64,000 nucleotides of DNA from an uncultured delta proteobacterium. Lineage in GTDB: Bacteria > Myxococcota_A > Polyangia > Polyangiales > Polyangiaceae. The first letter of the stretch is position 1. Every line of letters begins with the position of its first letter. The stretch spans positions 1,856,001 through 1,920,000 of the forward strand of contig CAWKKR010000008.1 of assembly GCA_963850305.1 (NCBI GenBank), written 5' to 3'. The notes beneath the pieces were generated by a model. It searched no databases, was not told the DNA's origin, and saw only the letters and a program-made list of their open reading frames with translations. The position numbers and the translations under genes are program-made. Below are positions 9,848 to 22,225 of this stretch, piece after piece.

Positions 9848-12053
9848 TCAGAGCGAGTCGAGGATCGCGCGAACGCCGCTGCGGGCGAGCACGTACGTGG
9901 CGGCAATGCCGTCCACACGAGCGTAATCGATGCTGATGCCGCGCCACGAATCCCCGGCTCCGATGTGAAAGACGACCGGGGCCGTCTCTTCTCCGCTGGT
10001 CGCGTTCGCCGACATTCGCACGGTCAATAGCGGATGATCGAGACCCTGCTCGCGCCGCGCCGGGCCGAGTTCGATCGCTGCTTCCGCGCGCCAGCCCGTC
10101 AGCGTGTCGGTGATCTTCCTGATCGCTTCGACCGAGAGTGGCTCGCCGGCATCTGTCTGAACGAAGTCGTCTCCCCGTTTCTCGAGGACCACGCTGCGGT
10201 GGTCCGTATCGAGTTCGATCCGGTAGACGTGCGGCCCCGCCGCGAAGACGTTCCGATCGATCACCAGTGTCGTCAGTGTTTCGTGGAGCCGGCGAGGCAC
10301 GACGAAGACCGCCGGGTCTCCCGCCATCGTCGCGTAATATCCGGAACCGGTGGGGTGCCCGAGCTCGAGCACGTGTTCGACGAGCTCGTCGCCCTTCCGC
10401 ACGGATAGCCGCACGGTCAGCAGAGGCGCGTCGAATCCGAAGGTGCCGTCGTCCTTGTCGGCGACCCACCGCTCCGCGGTGAGGGTACGGAGTGCGTCGC
10501 ATAGCTCGAGGGCGAGTGCGCCGTCGATGGTGAAACCAGCGGGCGCCGACAGGGTGAGCACGCCGCTCGGGGCGCGCTCCACGACCTGCCTGGGCGTTCC
10601 GTCAATTTCGACGCGCGCGACATCGGCGATCGGCACGTCCAGCAGGGTTCGGCTTCTCACCAGTGCGGCGTCGGCGACCAGCGCCCTGGCCGCTTCTCGA
10701 CCGAGCTCCAGCACGACGCCGTCTTGTTGCCGCTCCGCGTACACCCGGCCGTCCGGGAGTGGTGCGCTCAACGTCACCGTCTCCCGGCGGACCTTGGACT
10801 CGTCCGAGGCGGAGCTCGTGACGAGCGCGCGGCCTGCCGGCGGATCGAGCCCGAGCGCTTTTCGATCGGGAGCGTCCACGATGGTTCCCGTCGCGTGCAA
10901 GATCGCGTCGAGGCGGGCGTTGCCGGCTTCCGCATCGACGTCTCCCTCTTTGGGGGCGCGCATCACGAAGCCCGTTTCCTTGCGGTCCAGCGCGAGCCGC
11001 GCGTCTCCTCGATCGACCTCGAACCCCTCTACTTCATCCGCTCTCATCCAGAACAGCGACCGATCGACGAGTGCCTCGGCCGTCGTCGTGAGTCCGCCGA
11101 GGACGCCGCGCGGCACGCAGGCCGCCACACGGTCCGGCTGTTTCCGCAGTGCCACGACGTCGGCGCTCGACCCTGGGCACACGCCGCCCACGATGACCAC
11201 GCCGACCTTCGACTTCCGGTCGATCGGGGTCATGGTGACCGTCACGGTGTCTCCGCTCGACAGAGCCTTCTCGGCCGCGTCGGGGTCGATGAAGTGATCG
11301 GCGCGCGTGTGCGCGAACTGGACCAGCACGCGATCGAGCGCGGCGCGGTTCGTCCGCGCGTCGCCGAGCATCCCGTCGAATCGGAATCCGTCGGGCCACG
11401 CGGCACGCCGGAGCTTGCGGGTGCCGCCCGCTCCCTCGAGCTCGAATCTTTTCGAGGACCGTCGACAGGTACGGCATCACGTATCGCTCGCGGAACGTGT
11501 CGACGGGAAGATCGAGCTCCGAGACGAGGCTCTTCGTCACCAGCACGACGCCCTTGCCGGGCGCATTCTCGCCCGCGATCTCCACGTACCGCGCGCCCTT
11601 CGGGGACGCCGCCTCCTTGCCGATGCGGAGTCGATAGTGCGTGTCGCCCATGTCGATGTGAAGGACGAGGCTCGGCGTGACGAGGCCGAATGCTTCGCGG
11701 TTGCCCTCCTCGGGTTTGATGCGACGGAACGCGGACGCATACTCCAGCGTCCCGAGGAGCTTCTGCACGCTGAACGGCTCGGCGTCCTCGACGAACGGCT
11801 GCTTGATCGTCCACGTTCCCTCGCCGGCGTCGTCCATCTTCGTGCGGGCGAGCGTGACCCAGCCGGAGGGTCGCTCGAACCGGATCCGCGTGACGGCGTC
11901 CTCGTCGTAGGCCTGGAGCAGGTTGTTCGCGCGAGCCTCGGCTTCGCTCGTCGTCATCTTCTGGCGCGTGGCGAACACGAGGATCACGAGCCCGAGGGCC
12001 ACGCCGATCAGGATCGCGTTCACGATCTGATGACGACGAAACGAGGTCGTCAC
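9848..12053 (-). CDS. DUF4340 domain protein (GldG-operon partner), +1 frameshift near 11445
   Basis: GTG 12053 overlaps upstream stop; N-term TM then repeated W.I..P....A.....L..L / FGL..P units; frames join as ...VLEK-IELEGAGGTRKLRR... Confidence 0.8.
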
Positions 12054-13582
12054 GAGTTCCCTCCGGTCTGATTCTTTTCGCGCGAGCGTTTCTCCGAGCC
12101 GCGCCTTCGCACGAGGATCAGCAAACCGAGCGCGAGCGCCGAGCCCGGCATGTAGAGCAGCACGTACCGGAGAACCTCGGACAGCGAGTCCTCCGTGAGC
12201 GAGAGACCCGCGGGGTGCGACGGCTTCTCCGGCACGCTCACGATCGCGGGCTTCGCCGCGAGCCACGACAGCGCGCTCTCCACGAACACGCGATCGCCAA
12301 TCAGCGTCGCGTCGCGCCAGCTCCGGCAGAACGCGACGTTCGCGCTGCCGACGACGACCATGCGCGCACCATGCTTGTCCTTCGAGCCCGGTGGCAGCGG
12401 TCGCTCCGACGCCATCGCGACGGCGAAGGGTCCGCTCGCGTCGCCGTTGCTCTTCTGCACGGCCTCGCCCTCGTCCACGAAGGGACGGATGTCCTTCACG
12501 CTGAACGCGTCCTTGCTGGTCGTGAGCAAGATCTGCGCTTCGCCGTCCTTCGTCGCGTGGAGGCTCTGCGAGGCGGTGAGCTCGGGCCGCATCTTGGCGG
12601 TCTGGTCGTCCATCAGCCCGCGCGTCACGGCGTGCGGGAGCGGTGTCGCAAAATAGGTTTCGCCCAGACCCTGCGGCAGTCGCAACGCCCCGTCACGTTC
12701 GACGACGAAGTCCGTCCCGAACTCGATGCCGCCGAGCGCGGCGAGGCCACCCAGTCCGTTTTCGCGGATCCGATCGCCGTCGTCGAGGACGGGGTTCGAC
12801 ATCAAAAAGACGTTCCCGCCGTGCTCGAAATACGCCTCGAGCCGCTTCTCCGCGGGCGGCGAGAACGCGACGTCCGGGCCCGGAACGACGACGACCCGGC
12901 ATCCGTCCAGCGACTCGGACCTGTCGGGCGAGACGAGGTCGACCGACTTGGTCGCGTAGTTGTCCTTCTGGATGCGGTACTTGAGCTCGGCGAGTCCACG
13001 CGGCCCGCCGTCGTCCGCGCTGATCTCCTGGTCGCCCGTCGTGAAACACACGAGCGTCTTTTCCCTGCTGAGGACGTTGCGAATGCCCTCCGTCAAGGCC
13101 TGTTCCAGCACCGGTCGCGAGCGGTTGTTCTTCTCGTCGTACGAGACCATCTGGTCGACCGTGATGAACCAGTGCTGCTCGCCCCGCGCGAGGACGATGG
13201 CGGCGTCCGTGACGATGCGGCCATCCTCGGTCTTGCCCGTGACGATGTTGTACTTCTGCTCGAGCGCGATGAACTCCGCCGGCGCGCGGTCCGGGTCCAC
13301 GTAGCGAAGGTGAAGCAGCTTCGTCTGCGCCTCGTACGCGGCGAGCATCTGATCCACGCTCTCTCGCATGGGGTCGCTCGCGCTCAGGAAGACGATGACG
13401 TCGATGGGGTCGCCGAGCGAGTGCAGCGTCTCGAGCGTCGGCGCGGAGAGCGTGTAGAGCCCTCCCGTGGTGACGTCCCAGCGCTCGTAGAACCGATGCA
13501 CGAGGACGTTGGCGCAGACGGCGATGACGCCCGCGGCGAGCACGCCCGTCGCCGACAGCCACTTCGCGGAGCCGTGTGTCAC
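12050..13582 (-). CDS. GldG-like ABC transporter auxiliary component
   Basis: RWDVT....YTLS..T...L..L, YVDPD, EQALT..I, FTTGDQE, VVPGP, RMVVVGS, C-terminal TM; the ORF-track fusion to the permease results from a frameshift. Confidence 0.85.
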   Translation of the reverse strand: MTHGSAKWLSATGVLAAGVIAVCANVLVHRFYERWDVTTGGLYTLSAPTLETLHSLGDPIDVIVFLSASDPMRESVDQMLAAYEAQTKLLHLRYVDPDRAPAEFIALEQKYNIVTGKTEDGRIVTDAAIVLARGEQHWFITVDQMVSYDEKNNRSRPVLEQALTEGIRNVLSREKTLVCFTTGDQEISADDGGPRGLAELKYRIQKDNYATKSVDLVSPDRSESLDGCRVVVVPGPDVAFSPPAEKRLEAYFEHGGNVFLMSNPVLDDGDRIRENGLGGLAALGGIEFGTDFVVERDGALRLPQGLGETYFATPLPHAVTRGLMDDQTAKMRPELTASQSLHATKDGEAQILLTTSKDAFSVKDIRPFVDEGEAVQKSNGDASGPFAVAMASERPLPPGSKDKHGARMVVVGSANVAFCRSWRDATLIGDRVFVESALSWLAAKPAIVSVPEKPSHPAGLSLTEDSLSEVLRYVLLYMPGSALALGLLILVRRRGSEKRSREKNQTGGNS

Positions 13583-14326
13583 CCGACCCTCCACGAATCC
13601 ACCACGCGGATGGTCACGAAGAGCGGCAGGATCACGAGGGTGGCGTCGAACACCAGGCGCCGGAGATCGACGATCCCGCGCGAGAGCTCGTCCACCTGCG
13701 ACAGGACCGAGACCTGCGCACACACGTCGCGGATCGGTCCGGGCTCGAAGATGCGCTCTCCGATGCCGAAGATGAGCAGACCGAAGATGACGAGCGTCGT
13801 GAACATCATCGCGACGAGCTGGCTCCGCGTGACGGAGCTCATGAGCGTCCCCACCGCGAGGTACCCTGCTCCGACGCCGAACACGCCGAGGTAGCTTGCC
13901 CCGACGACGTGCCAGTCCACGGCGCCGGTCCTTCGCAGGATCACGACGTAGAGCACCGTCGGTGCCCACATGAGCACGTAGGTCGCGAGCGTCGCGGCGT
14001 ATTTCGCGAGCACCACGGCCGTCGCCGACACGGGTGCCGTGAGCAGCGCTTCTATCGTTCCGCTCCGTCGCTCCTCGGCGAACAGTCGCATCGTCAGCGG
14101 CCGGGCAGACGAGGAGAAGGGACAGGATCAGAAACAGCGACTCGCCGAAGTAGGCCTGCACCGGTCCCGAGTCGATGGACACGTCGGAGAAGCTCGCGAA
14201 GTGAAGGAGGATTTGATAGAAACTCGCCCCCTGGATCAGGAGGAAAATGAAGAGCAGCACCCACGCGAGCGGCGTGACCCATAAGCTCAGCATCTCCCGC
14301 CGGAAGATCGCAACGAACCCTCTCAT
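13579..14326 (-). CDS. GldF-like ABC-2 permease, +1 frameshift near 14098-14103
   Basis: AIFRREM.S...TPLAW; P.LTMRLFAEERRSGTIE.LLTAPV; F..G.VDLR.LVF. Confidence 0.88.
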
Positions 14327-15264
14327 GAAGACGGCTCCGTGAGCTCGGCGAAGACGTCTTCGAGCGTCGCTCGCCCGGACGTGACCTCACGGACGCCGAG
14401 CCCTGCCGCGACGGCCGCGGCCACCGCACGCTCGAGCACCGCACCCGAGCTCGCACCCGGGGCGTAACCTACGGTGACGCGCACGAGACCGTCCTCGCCC
14501 GGCGCTTCGACGACGGTCGCGACGCCTTCGACGCTGGCGAGCGCGGCCCTGGCCGCGCCGCTGGCGCCGGATACGAGCATCGTCGCTGACGTCGCCGCGC
14601 GGCGCGCACGGAGCTCATCGATCGTCCCCTCGGCGACGAGCTGCCCGCGATCGATGACGATCGCGCGCCGGCACGTCGTTTCGACCTCCGACAGGATGTG
14701 CGTGGAGAGCAAGATGGTGTGGTTCTGTCCGAGATCCCGGATGAGATCGCGCACCTCGCGGATCTGGTTCGGGTCGAGCCCCGCCGTGGGCTCGTCCAGG
14801 ATGAGGAGCGGCGGATTCGCGACGAGCGCATCCGCGAGCCCGACGCGCTGCCGGTACCCCTTGGACAGGTGCGCGACGAGGGTATCCGTCATCTCCGTCA
14901 CCCGGGCGGCTTCCATCGCGTGGCCGACCGCGCGGACGCGCTCGCGGCGCGGGACACGCTTCAATTCCGCACGAAATGCGAGGTACTCGCGGACGCGCAT
15001 CTCCGGGTAGAGCGGCGACGATTCCGGCATGTAACCGAGGGAGGCCCTGGCGACTATTCCCTCCTCGAGCACGTCGTGCCCGTCGATGCGCACGCGCCCC
15101 GAAGTCGGTCCCAGGAAGCCGGCCAGGATGCGCAACGTCGTGCTCTTGCCGGCTCCGTTCGGGCCGAGGAAGCCGACGACCTCCCCCCGACCGACATGGA
15201 AAGAGACGTCCTTGACCGCGAGGACGGTGCCGTAATCCTTCACGAGATGCTCGACGTCAATCAT
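14323..15264 (-). CDS. GldA-like ABC transporter ATP-binding protein
   Basis: Start MIDVEHLVKDYG; Walker A GPNGAGKST, signature LSKGYRQRVG, Walker B ILDEPT, STH. Confidence 0.93.
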   Translation of the reverse strand: MIDVEHLVKDYGTVLAVKDVSFHVGRGEVVGFLGPNGAGKSTTLRILAGFLGPTSGRVRIDGHDVLEEGIVARASLGYMPESSPLYPEMRVREYLAFRAELKRVPRRERVRAVGHAMEAARVTEMTDTLVAHLSKGYRQRVGLADALVANPPLLILDEPTAGLDPNQIREVRDLIRDLGQNHTILLSTHILSEVETTCRRAIVIDRGQLVAEGTIDELRARRAATSATMLVSGASGAARAALASVEGVATVVEAPGEDGLVRVTVGYAPGASSGAVLERAVAAAVAAGLGVREVTSGRATLEDVFAELTEPSS

Positions 15265-15399
15265 CCGGTCGCGGGGCGGGGATAGCACGCTTCCGGGCAC
15301 GCGCGACCGAAGACCCGGCTTCGCGGACGCTTGTTCGGCTCCCCGCGGGGCGTTTTCGTGGAAGACTGGCGGGGACTCATTTCGACGGAGGTCCGCGTC

Positions 15400-17619
<2,220 letters not shown>

Positions 17620-17620
17620 T

Positions 17621-17880
17621 CACCGAGGGCCGATTGCTTCGAGCGTGGGGCCATCTCGGTGCTCTCGGTGCTCGGCGTGCGTTCGCACGCCTGCGCGCCT
17701 CACCCACCGATCTGACCCCACGGTCTTCGCAATCGGCCCTCGGTGGGTTTTGGTTCGAGCGAGGGGGCATGTCGGTGGTCTCGGTGCTCGGCGTGCGTTC
17801 GCGGGCTTGCGCGCCTCACCCACCGATCTGACCCCACGGTCTTCGCAATCGGCCCTCGGTGGGTTTTGGTTCGAGCGTGG
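17621..17880. repeat. Intergenic 116-bp tandem duplication with 17-bp inverted repeats (REP/MITE-like)
   Basis: TTCGAGCG recurs at 17638, 17754, 17870; CACCGAGGGCCGATTGC (17621-17637) is the reverse complement of 17729-17745 and 17845-17861. Confidence 0.85.
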
Positions 17881-17928
17881 ATCGGACGTTTTGGTTGCGT
17901 CGCGAGTGCGGTCGACTACCGTCCGGGC

Positions 17929-18324
17929 ATGTCGATTCTGGATCACGTGACGCTCGTCGTGAAAGACTACGCTCGCTCCAAGGCGTTTTACGAGAAGGCC
18001 CTCGCGCCGCTCGGTATCAAGCCGATGATGGAGTTCGGTACGGCGTGTGGCTTCGGCCGCGATATGCCCGCGTTCTGGATTGGCACCGGACCGACGGCGT
18101 TTCAGAAGCCCGAACATCTCGAGATCATCACCCCGACGCACATCGCGTTCGCCGCCAAGGGGCGCGCGGAAGTGGACGCGTTCTACAAGGCGGCGATGGG
18201 CGCCGGCGCGAAGGATTTCGGCGCGCCCGGGGTGCGCGCGCATTATCACCCGAGCTATTACGGCGCGTTCGTCCTGGACCCCGACGGTCACGACGTCGAA
18301 GCCGTCTTTCACGGCCCGGCGTGA
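17929..18324 (+). CDS. VOC/glyoxalase family protein
   Basis: LDHV.L.V.D...SKAFY..AL, HIAF.A, G.D.GAPG.R..YHP.YYGAFVLDPDG. Confidence 0.92.
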   Translation: MSILDHVTLVVKDYARSKAFYEKALAPLGIKPMMEFGTACGFGRDMPAFWIGTGPTAFQKPEHLEIITPTHIAFAAKGRAEVDAFYKAAMGAGAKDFGAPGVRAHYHPSYYGAFVLDPDGHDVEAVFHGPA

Positions 18325-18432
18325 GGAGCGCGAGCCGGCGGGGTCCTGCCGCCCGGTTGCTGCCGCGTGAGGAAAAATCGTCGGTTCTCGATCGGTCGTG
18401 ATCCGGTGGAAAATGGTGCTAACAACGGAGGC

Positions 18433-19149
18433 GTGAAACGAACCAACACGTACTTCTTTCGAGTTCTTGGGTCCGTGGGAGTCCTGGCGCTCGTGGCGTG
18501 CGGCGGGGGCAAGCCGCCTGCCGACGCGGCCACGGCCAAGACAGGTCCAGCTCCAGGTGCGCCGACGACGGCGGCCGCGCCGAGTGCGTCAGCCGGACCC
18601 GCGAGCGATGGCGGTCCCACCGCCGCTCCGGGTGCGGCACCTTCCGCGGCGACCAGCGCTGCGATTGAACCGCCGAGCGCGCCGGCGGAGCCCCCACCGG
18701 AAACGCGACACGTCGTCGATGAGCTGACCGCCCCGAGCGTCGCGTACACCCTCGACTACGGCGGCTCGGGCCCCAAGCAGCTCGCGGAGAAGGCGTGCGC
18801 CGGCAAGGCAGACGATCCCCAGGCGCGTGCTGCCTGCATGGAGAAGGAACGCGGCCGCTTTCTCGCCGACGTGCTCGTCTTCACCAAGGACGCGCAGGGC
18901 GTTACCTGGACCATCTATCGACGCAACGGGAACAACCTCGCCGAAGTTTCCCGGAGCGCCATCGACTTCAAGGACGAGACCGGCAATGGCGTCTCCATCC
19001 ACATCAAGAAAGACAAGGGCTGGCGCCCCCTGTTTGCCGGAACGAAATCCGTCGTCCTCGCTGCCCCTCCTGGCTCCAACATCGAGTTCCAGGATCCGAC
19101 GTGGGGCCACCTCGTGTACGAGGCCAAGATCGGTCTCGTCAATCAGTGA
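18433..19149 (+). CDS. Hypothetical lipoprotein with Ala/Pro/Thr-rich linker
   Basis: GGAGG then GTG 18433; lipobox LVAC-GG. Confidence 0.7.
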   Translation: MKRTNTYFFRVLGSVGVLALVACGGGKPPADAATAKTGPAPGAPTTAAAPSASAGPASDGGPTAAPGAAPSAATSAAIEPPSAPAEPPPETRHVVDELTAPSVAYTLDYGGSGPKQLAEKACAGKADDPQARAACMEKERGRFLADVLVFTKDAQGVTWTIYRRNGNNLAEVSRSAIDFKDETGNGVSIHIKKDKGWRPLFAGTKSVVLAAPPGSNIEFQDPTWGHLVYEAKIGLVNQ

Positions 19150-19242
19150 TGGCCGCGGCACCAATCCGCTGAGGGTACCGAAGCCGAACCGACCGAACGC
19201 GCGCGCCTCGCAAGTCCAGCTCGCGAATTGCCAGCCGATGTC

Positions 19243-19641
19243 GGCGTGGACCCCCCGATTCTCGACGAGATCGCCAGGGATCACGGCGCGGACGCCGACA
19301 TCCTGGGCGCGGACGCCGACATCCTGGGCGCGGACGCGAACATCCTGGGCGCGGACGCGGACGTCCTGGGCGCGGACGCGGACGTCCTGGGCGCGGACGC
19401 GGACGTCCTGGGCGCGGACGCGGACGTCCTGGGCGCGGACGCGGACGTCCTGGGCGCGGACGCGGACGTCCTGGGCGCGGACGCGGACGTCCTGGGCGCG
19501 GACGCGGACGTCCTGGGCGCGGACGCGGACGTCCTGGGCGCGGACGCGGACGTCCTGACCGCGGACGCCGCCGTCCTCGACGAGACCATGGCCGTCCTCG
19601 ACGAGACCATGGCCGTCCTCGACGAGACCATGGCCGTCCTC
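19243..19641. repeat. 21-bp tandem repeat array (VNTR), about 19 units
   Basis: 13 units of GGCGCGGACGC(G/C)(G/A)AC(G/A)TCCTG at 19285-19557 (10 identical), one hybrid unit, 3 units of GACGAGACCATGGCCGTCCT(C), and 2 degenerate units upstream. Confidence 0.95.
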
Positions 19642-19671
19642 TGAGCGACAGGTACCGGGGTCGGCCCTGGT

Positions 19672-21081
19672 CTAATCGGAGCGAGAGCGGCGTTCGAAGG
19701 CGGCGAAACCGGCTCTCACGAGAGAAAAAAGGACGATGAGGATGCACCAATCGAGAGAGAGCCGCGCCAACAGCAAGTGTCGGTTCAGCGTGCGGAGACC
19801 GTCTCCGATGACCGCGACGGCAATTTGCGTCGTGAACAATCCGAGCAGGTAAGCAACGACGCCGACGAGCGCGCCGGCACGGCGGCGCGCGATCGCCGCG
19901 CCGATCCAGACGAGGCCGGTCGTGAACCATGCCCAGACTTGCCAGGGTTGCCGGACGAGAAGGTGGCGGAACGGGCCGAATTGCCAGGGGGCGGACCGCA
20001 CCCATGGGAAAGCATGCGGTCCGACGGTCGTGTAGTCGTGGGCCGTGTTCGTGAATGGCATGGCAAGCACTTCACCCACCCGCCCGATGGCAAAGCGCAC
20101 CGCGTGTGGGTCATGGAGGTAGCGCACGGCGATCCGGCCGAAAGAAACTTTTCGTGCGACCCGGAGCTCGTCCTCGTCGACATCGAACACGGACTTGCCC
20201 TTGAGATAGGATTTTTCTCGCGGCACTCCGAGCGCCGCGAGGGTCGCGGCCGTGTCCTCGGATGCGACCGCGATGCCCATGAAGACGGAGTCGTGCCTGT
20301 TGTCGACCGGAGACCGATAGCCGGCGCCCCAGACGAAATAACAGGGGGCCAGCACGGCGACCCCTGCCATTGCGAAGATGAGCGCCCACGCGCTTCGGTT
20401 CGCGCGGGATGGCGAGCGCAGAACTGCAACGCCGACCGCCGCGGCAGCGACCATTCCCATCGGCGCGTAGGATTCCTTGGCGAACGCGGCCAGCGACGAA
20501 AATAGAATCACCGCGAGAGAGAGGCGCGCGCGTTGCCGCGGCGAGACCGCCGATGAGCCCTGACGAACCAACCACGCGACGACCCCGAGCGCTCCGATGA
20601 ACGCCACGGCGTCCGCGAAGAAGCTGTTGAAATAGAGGAGGTACCCCGGGTCGTTCAAAGTCCAGATGAGCAGGAGCCCGACGACCAGACCTTCGGGTGA
20701 AGCCCCGACGAACAGGGCTGCAGCGGCCCCGAGAAGGAGCCAATTTGCAGCTCCGACTTGTCGGAGGTCCATGAAGCCTCGCCGGGCGCTCCCAATCGGC
20801 ATGCCGCGGGCAACGACCGCAACCAGCGCCGGGCTCGACAGATGGCGCAGCGGGGGCTTCACGAGCGCAAACTCGGGTACGACGAACTTTTGCGAGGGGA
20901 GGGCGAGGTAGCGGATCCCCGCCGGTCTCATGACTCGCCAGAAGTCGCCGTTGTCCGGTAAGCCGACGATCGGGGGCCACAGCAGGCGCACGGCGTCGAG
21001 GACGAGCAGCAGAGCGCCGAGCGACAGCACGAGCGTCCGCAGCCTGCTTCGCCTTACTCCTCCGCGCTGCACGCTTCCCAC
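19672..21081 (-). CDS. WsfD-like GT-C membrane glycosyltransferase (copy 1)
   Basis: TM1 followed by GLPDNGDFWRV; Y.LYFNSFFAD; AK..Y; G.GD....RHLL; polytopic. Confidence 0.7.
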   Translation of the reverse strand: MGSVQRGGVRRSRLRTLVLSLGALLLVLDAVRLLWPPIVGLPDNGDFWRVMRPAGIRYLALPSQKFVVPEFALVKPPLRHLSSPALVAVVARGMPIGSARRGFMDLRQVGAANWLLLGAAAALFVGASPEGLVVGLLLIWTLNDPGYLLYFNSFFADAVAFIGALGVVAWLVRQGSSAVSPRQRARLSLAVILFSSLAAFAKESYAPMGMVAAAAVGVAVLRSPSRANRSAWALIFAMAGVAVLAPCYFVWGAGYRSPVDNRHDSVFMGIAVASEDTAATLAALGVPREKSYLKGKSVFDVDEDELRVARKVSFGRIAVRYLHDPHAVRFAIGRVGEVLAMPFTNTAHDYTTVGPHAFPWVRSAPWQFGPFRHLLVRQPWQVWAWFTTGLVWIGAAIARRRAGALVGVVAYLLGLFTTQIAVAVIGDGLRTLNRHLLLARLSLDWCILIVLFSLVRAGFAAFERRSRSD

Positions 21082-21097
21082 TCGAGCGGCATCGGGT

Positions 21098-22132
21098 TCA
21101 GTTCTCGCTCGTCATCGGTCGACGCGCGGTGGCACGCGCCGGCATCCGGGGGCCGCGGACCAGCGTGTTCAGCAAGCCTGCCGCATACGCGACATGGGTC
21201 ACGAGAAACAACGGAGGCAGCGCGAACAGCCACGAGAGCCGCCGCCGCCGGACGACGATGACGGCCGCAGCGACGACGCTTCCGAGCGCATAGACGAAGA
21301 TCGGCGCCCAGGCGAGTCGAGTGAGCGCCGCCGAGAGGGGCAGCGTCAGCAGATAGAGGAGCAGCAGAACAGGCACGAAGTAAGCTGCGTGGAACGTCCG
21401 TGGCGCGCTCCGCAGGGCGATGGCGCGACCCCTTCCGTAACGGACCATCTGCAGCGCGTAGTGACGGAGCGACGCTCGGCGATGGTGGTGGACCCACACG
21501 TCCGGCGAGTACCGGAGCTCGTGCCCCCGTGCGTCCGCGTCTCCCATGACCACGTTTTCTTCGCCCCCGAAGTGCAGCGGGAAACGGACTCCGCCGTCGA
21601 AGACGGAGCGCCGGATCGCGAGGTTGCACAGGATCAAGTGGCGCTCGTGCGCCGCGTGCGGCGATAGCTTCGTGTAGCGGCCTCGCGCGACCCCCGTGCC
21701 CCACGCGCTGGCGAGGATTTCGCCGGTGAGCTGAGCGAAGTCCGGATCCTCGGGGTGGGTGAGGTTCGGCCCGCCGACGATGCTCGCGTCCGGATACGCC
21801 GCGTAGACATCGAGGACGGCCGCGACCCCGCCCGGCGGCACCTCGACATCGTCGTCGAGAAAATAAAGGACCGGGGCGCGCGCCGCGGCGACACCATGGT
21901 TGCGGGCTTCGCTCGCGGACACCGGACCCGAACGCACCTTGTGGATGCGTTCGTCGCGCGCCGCGCACGCATCGACGCTGTCTTCCACGGCGCTGCTCGC
22001 GTCGTTCAGTACGACCACGACCTCGAGGTTCGGCTCGGTCTGCACGAGCAGGCTCTCGAGGCACCGCCGTAAGAGCGCGGGTCGAAAGTGCGCCACGACG
22101 ATCGCCGAGAGGCGGGGGGAACTATTCGACAA
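21098..22132 (-). CDS. GT2 glycosyltransferase with C-terminal TM helices
   Basis: CLESL, EVVVV, ARNHG, FLDDD, CNLAIRR, GEE, V.HHRR. Confidence 0.9.
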   Translation of the reverse strand: MSNSSPRLSAIVVAHFRPALLRRCLESLLVQTEPNLEVVVVLNDASSAVEDSVDACAARDERIHKVRSGPVSASEARNHGVAAARAPVLYFLDDDVEVPPGGVAAVLDVYAAYPDASIVGGPNLTHPEDPDFAQLTGEILASAWGTGVARGRYTKLSPHAAHERHLILCNLAIRRSVFDGGVRFPLHFGGEENVVMGDADARGHELRYSPDVWVHHHRRASLRHYALQMVRYGRGRAIALRSAPRTFHAAYFVPVLLLLYLLTLPLSAALTRLAWAPIFVYALGSVVAAAVIVVRRRRLSWLFALPPLFLVTHVAYAAGLLNTLVRGPRMPARATARRPMTSEN

Positions 22133-22225
22133 GGGTCATGCGGCTCGCGAGGATGCGCGCTCTCCGGAAGCGTAAGCGGCGCGTTCGGAAGCCGTCAAGG
22201 CGGCGGGCGAAGTCGATCGCGCGGA

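Noticed and set aside
17621..17880. CRISPR mini-array or tRNA
   Set aside because: The whole 116-bp unit is duplicated (no spacers) and no cloverleaf or T-loop consensus is evident
19243..19641. CRISPR array
   Set aside because: Units are head-to-tail with no unique spacers; no cas genes in the window
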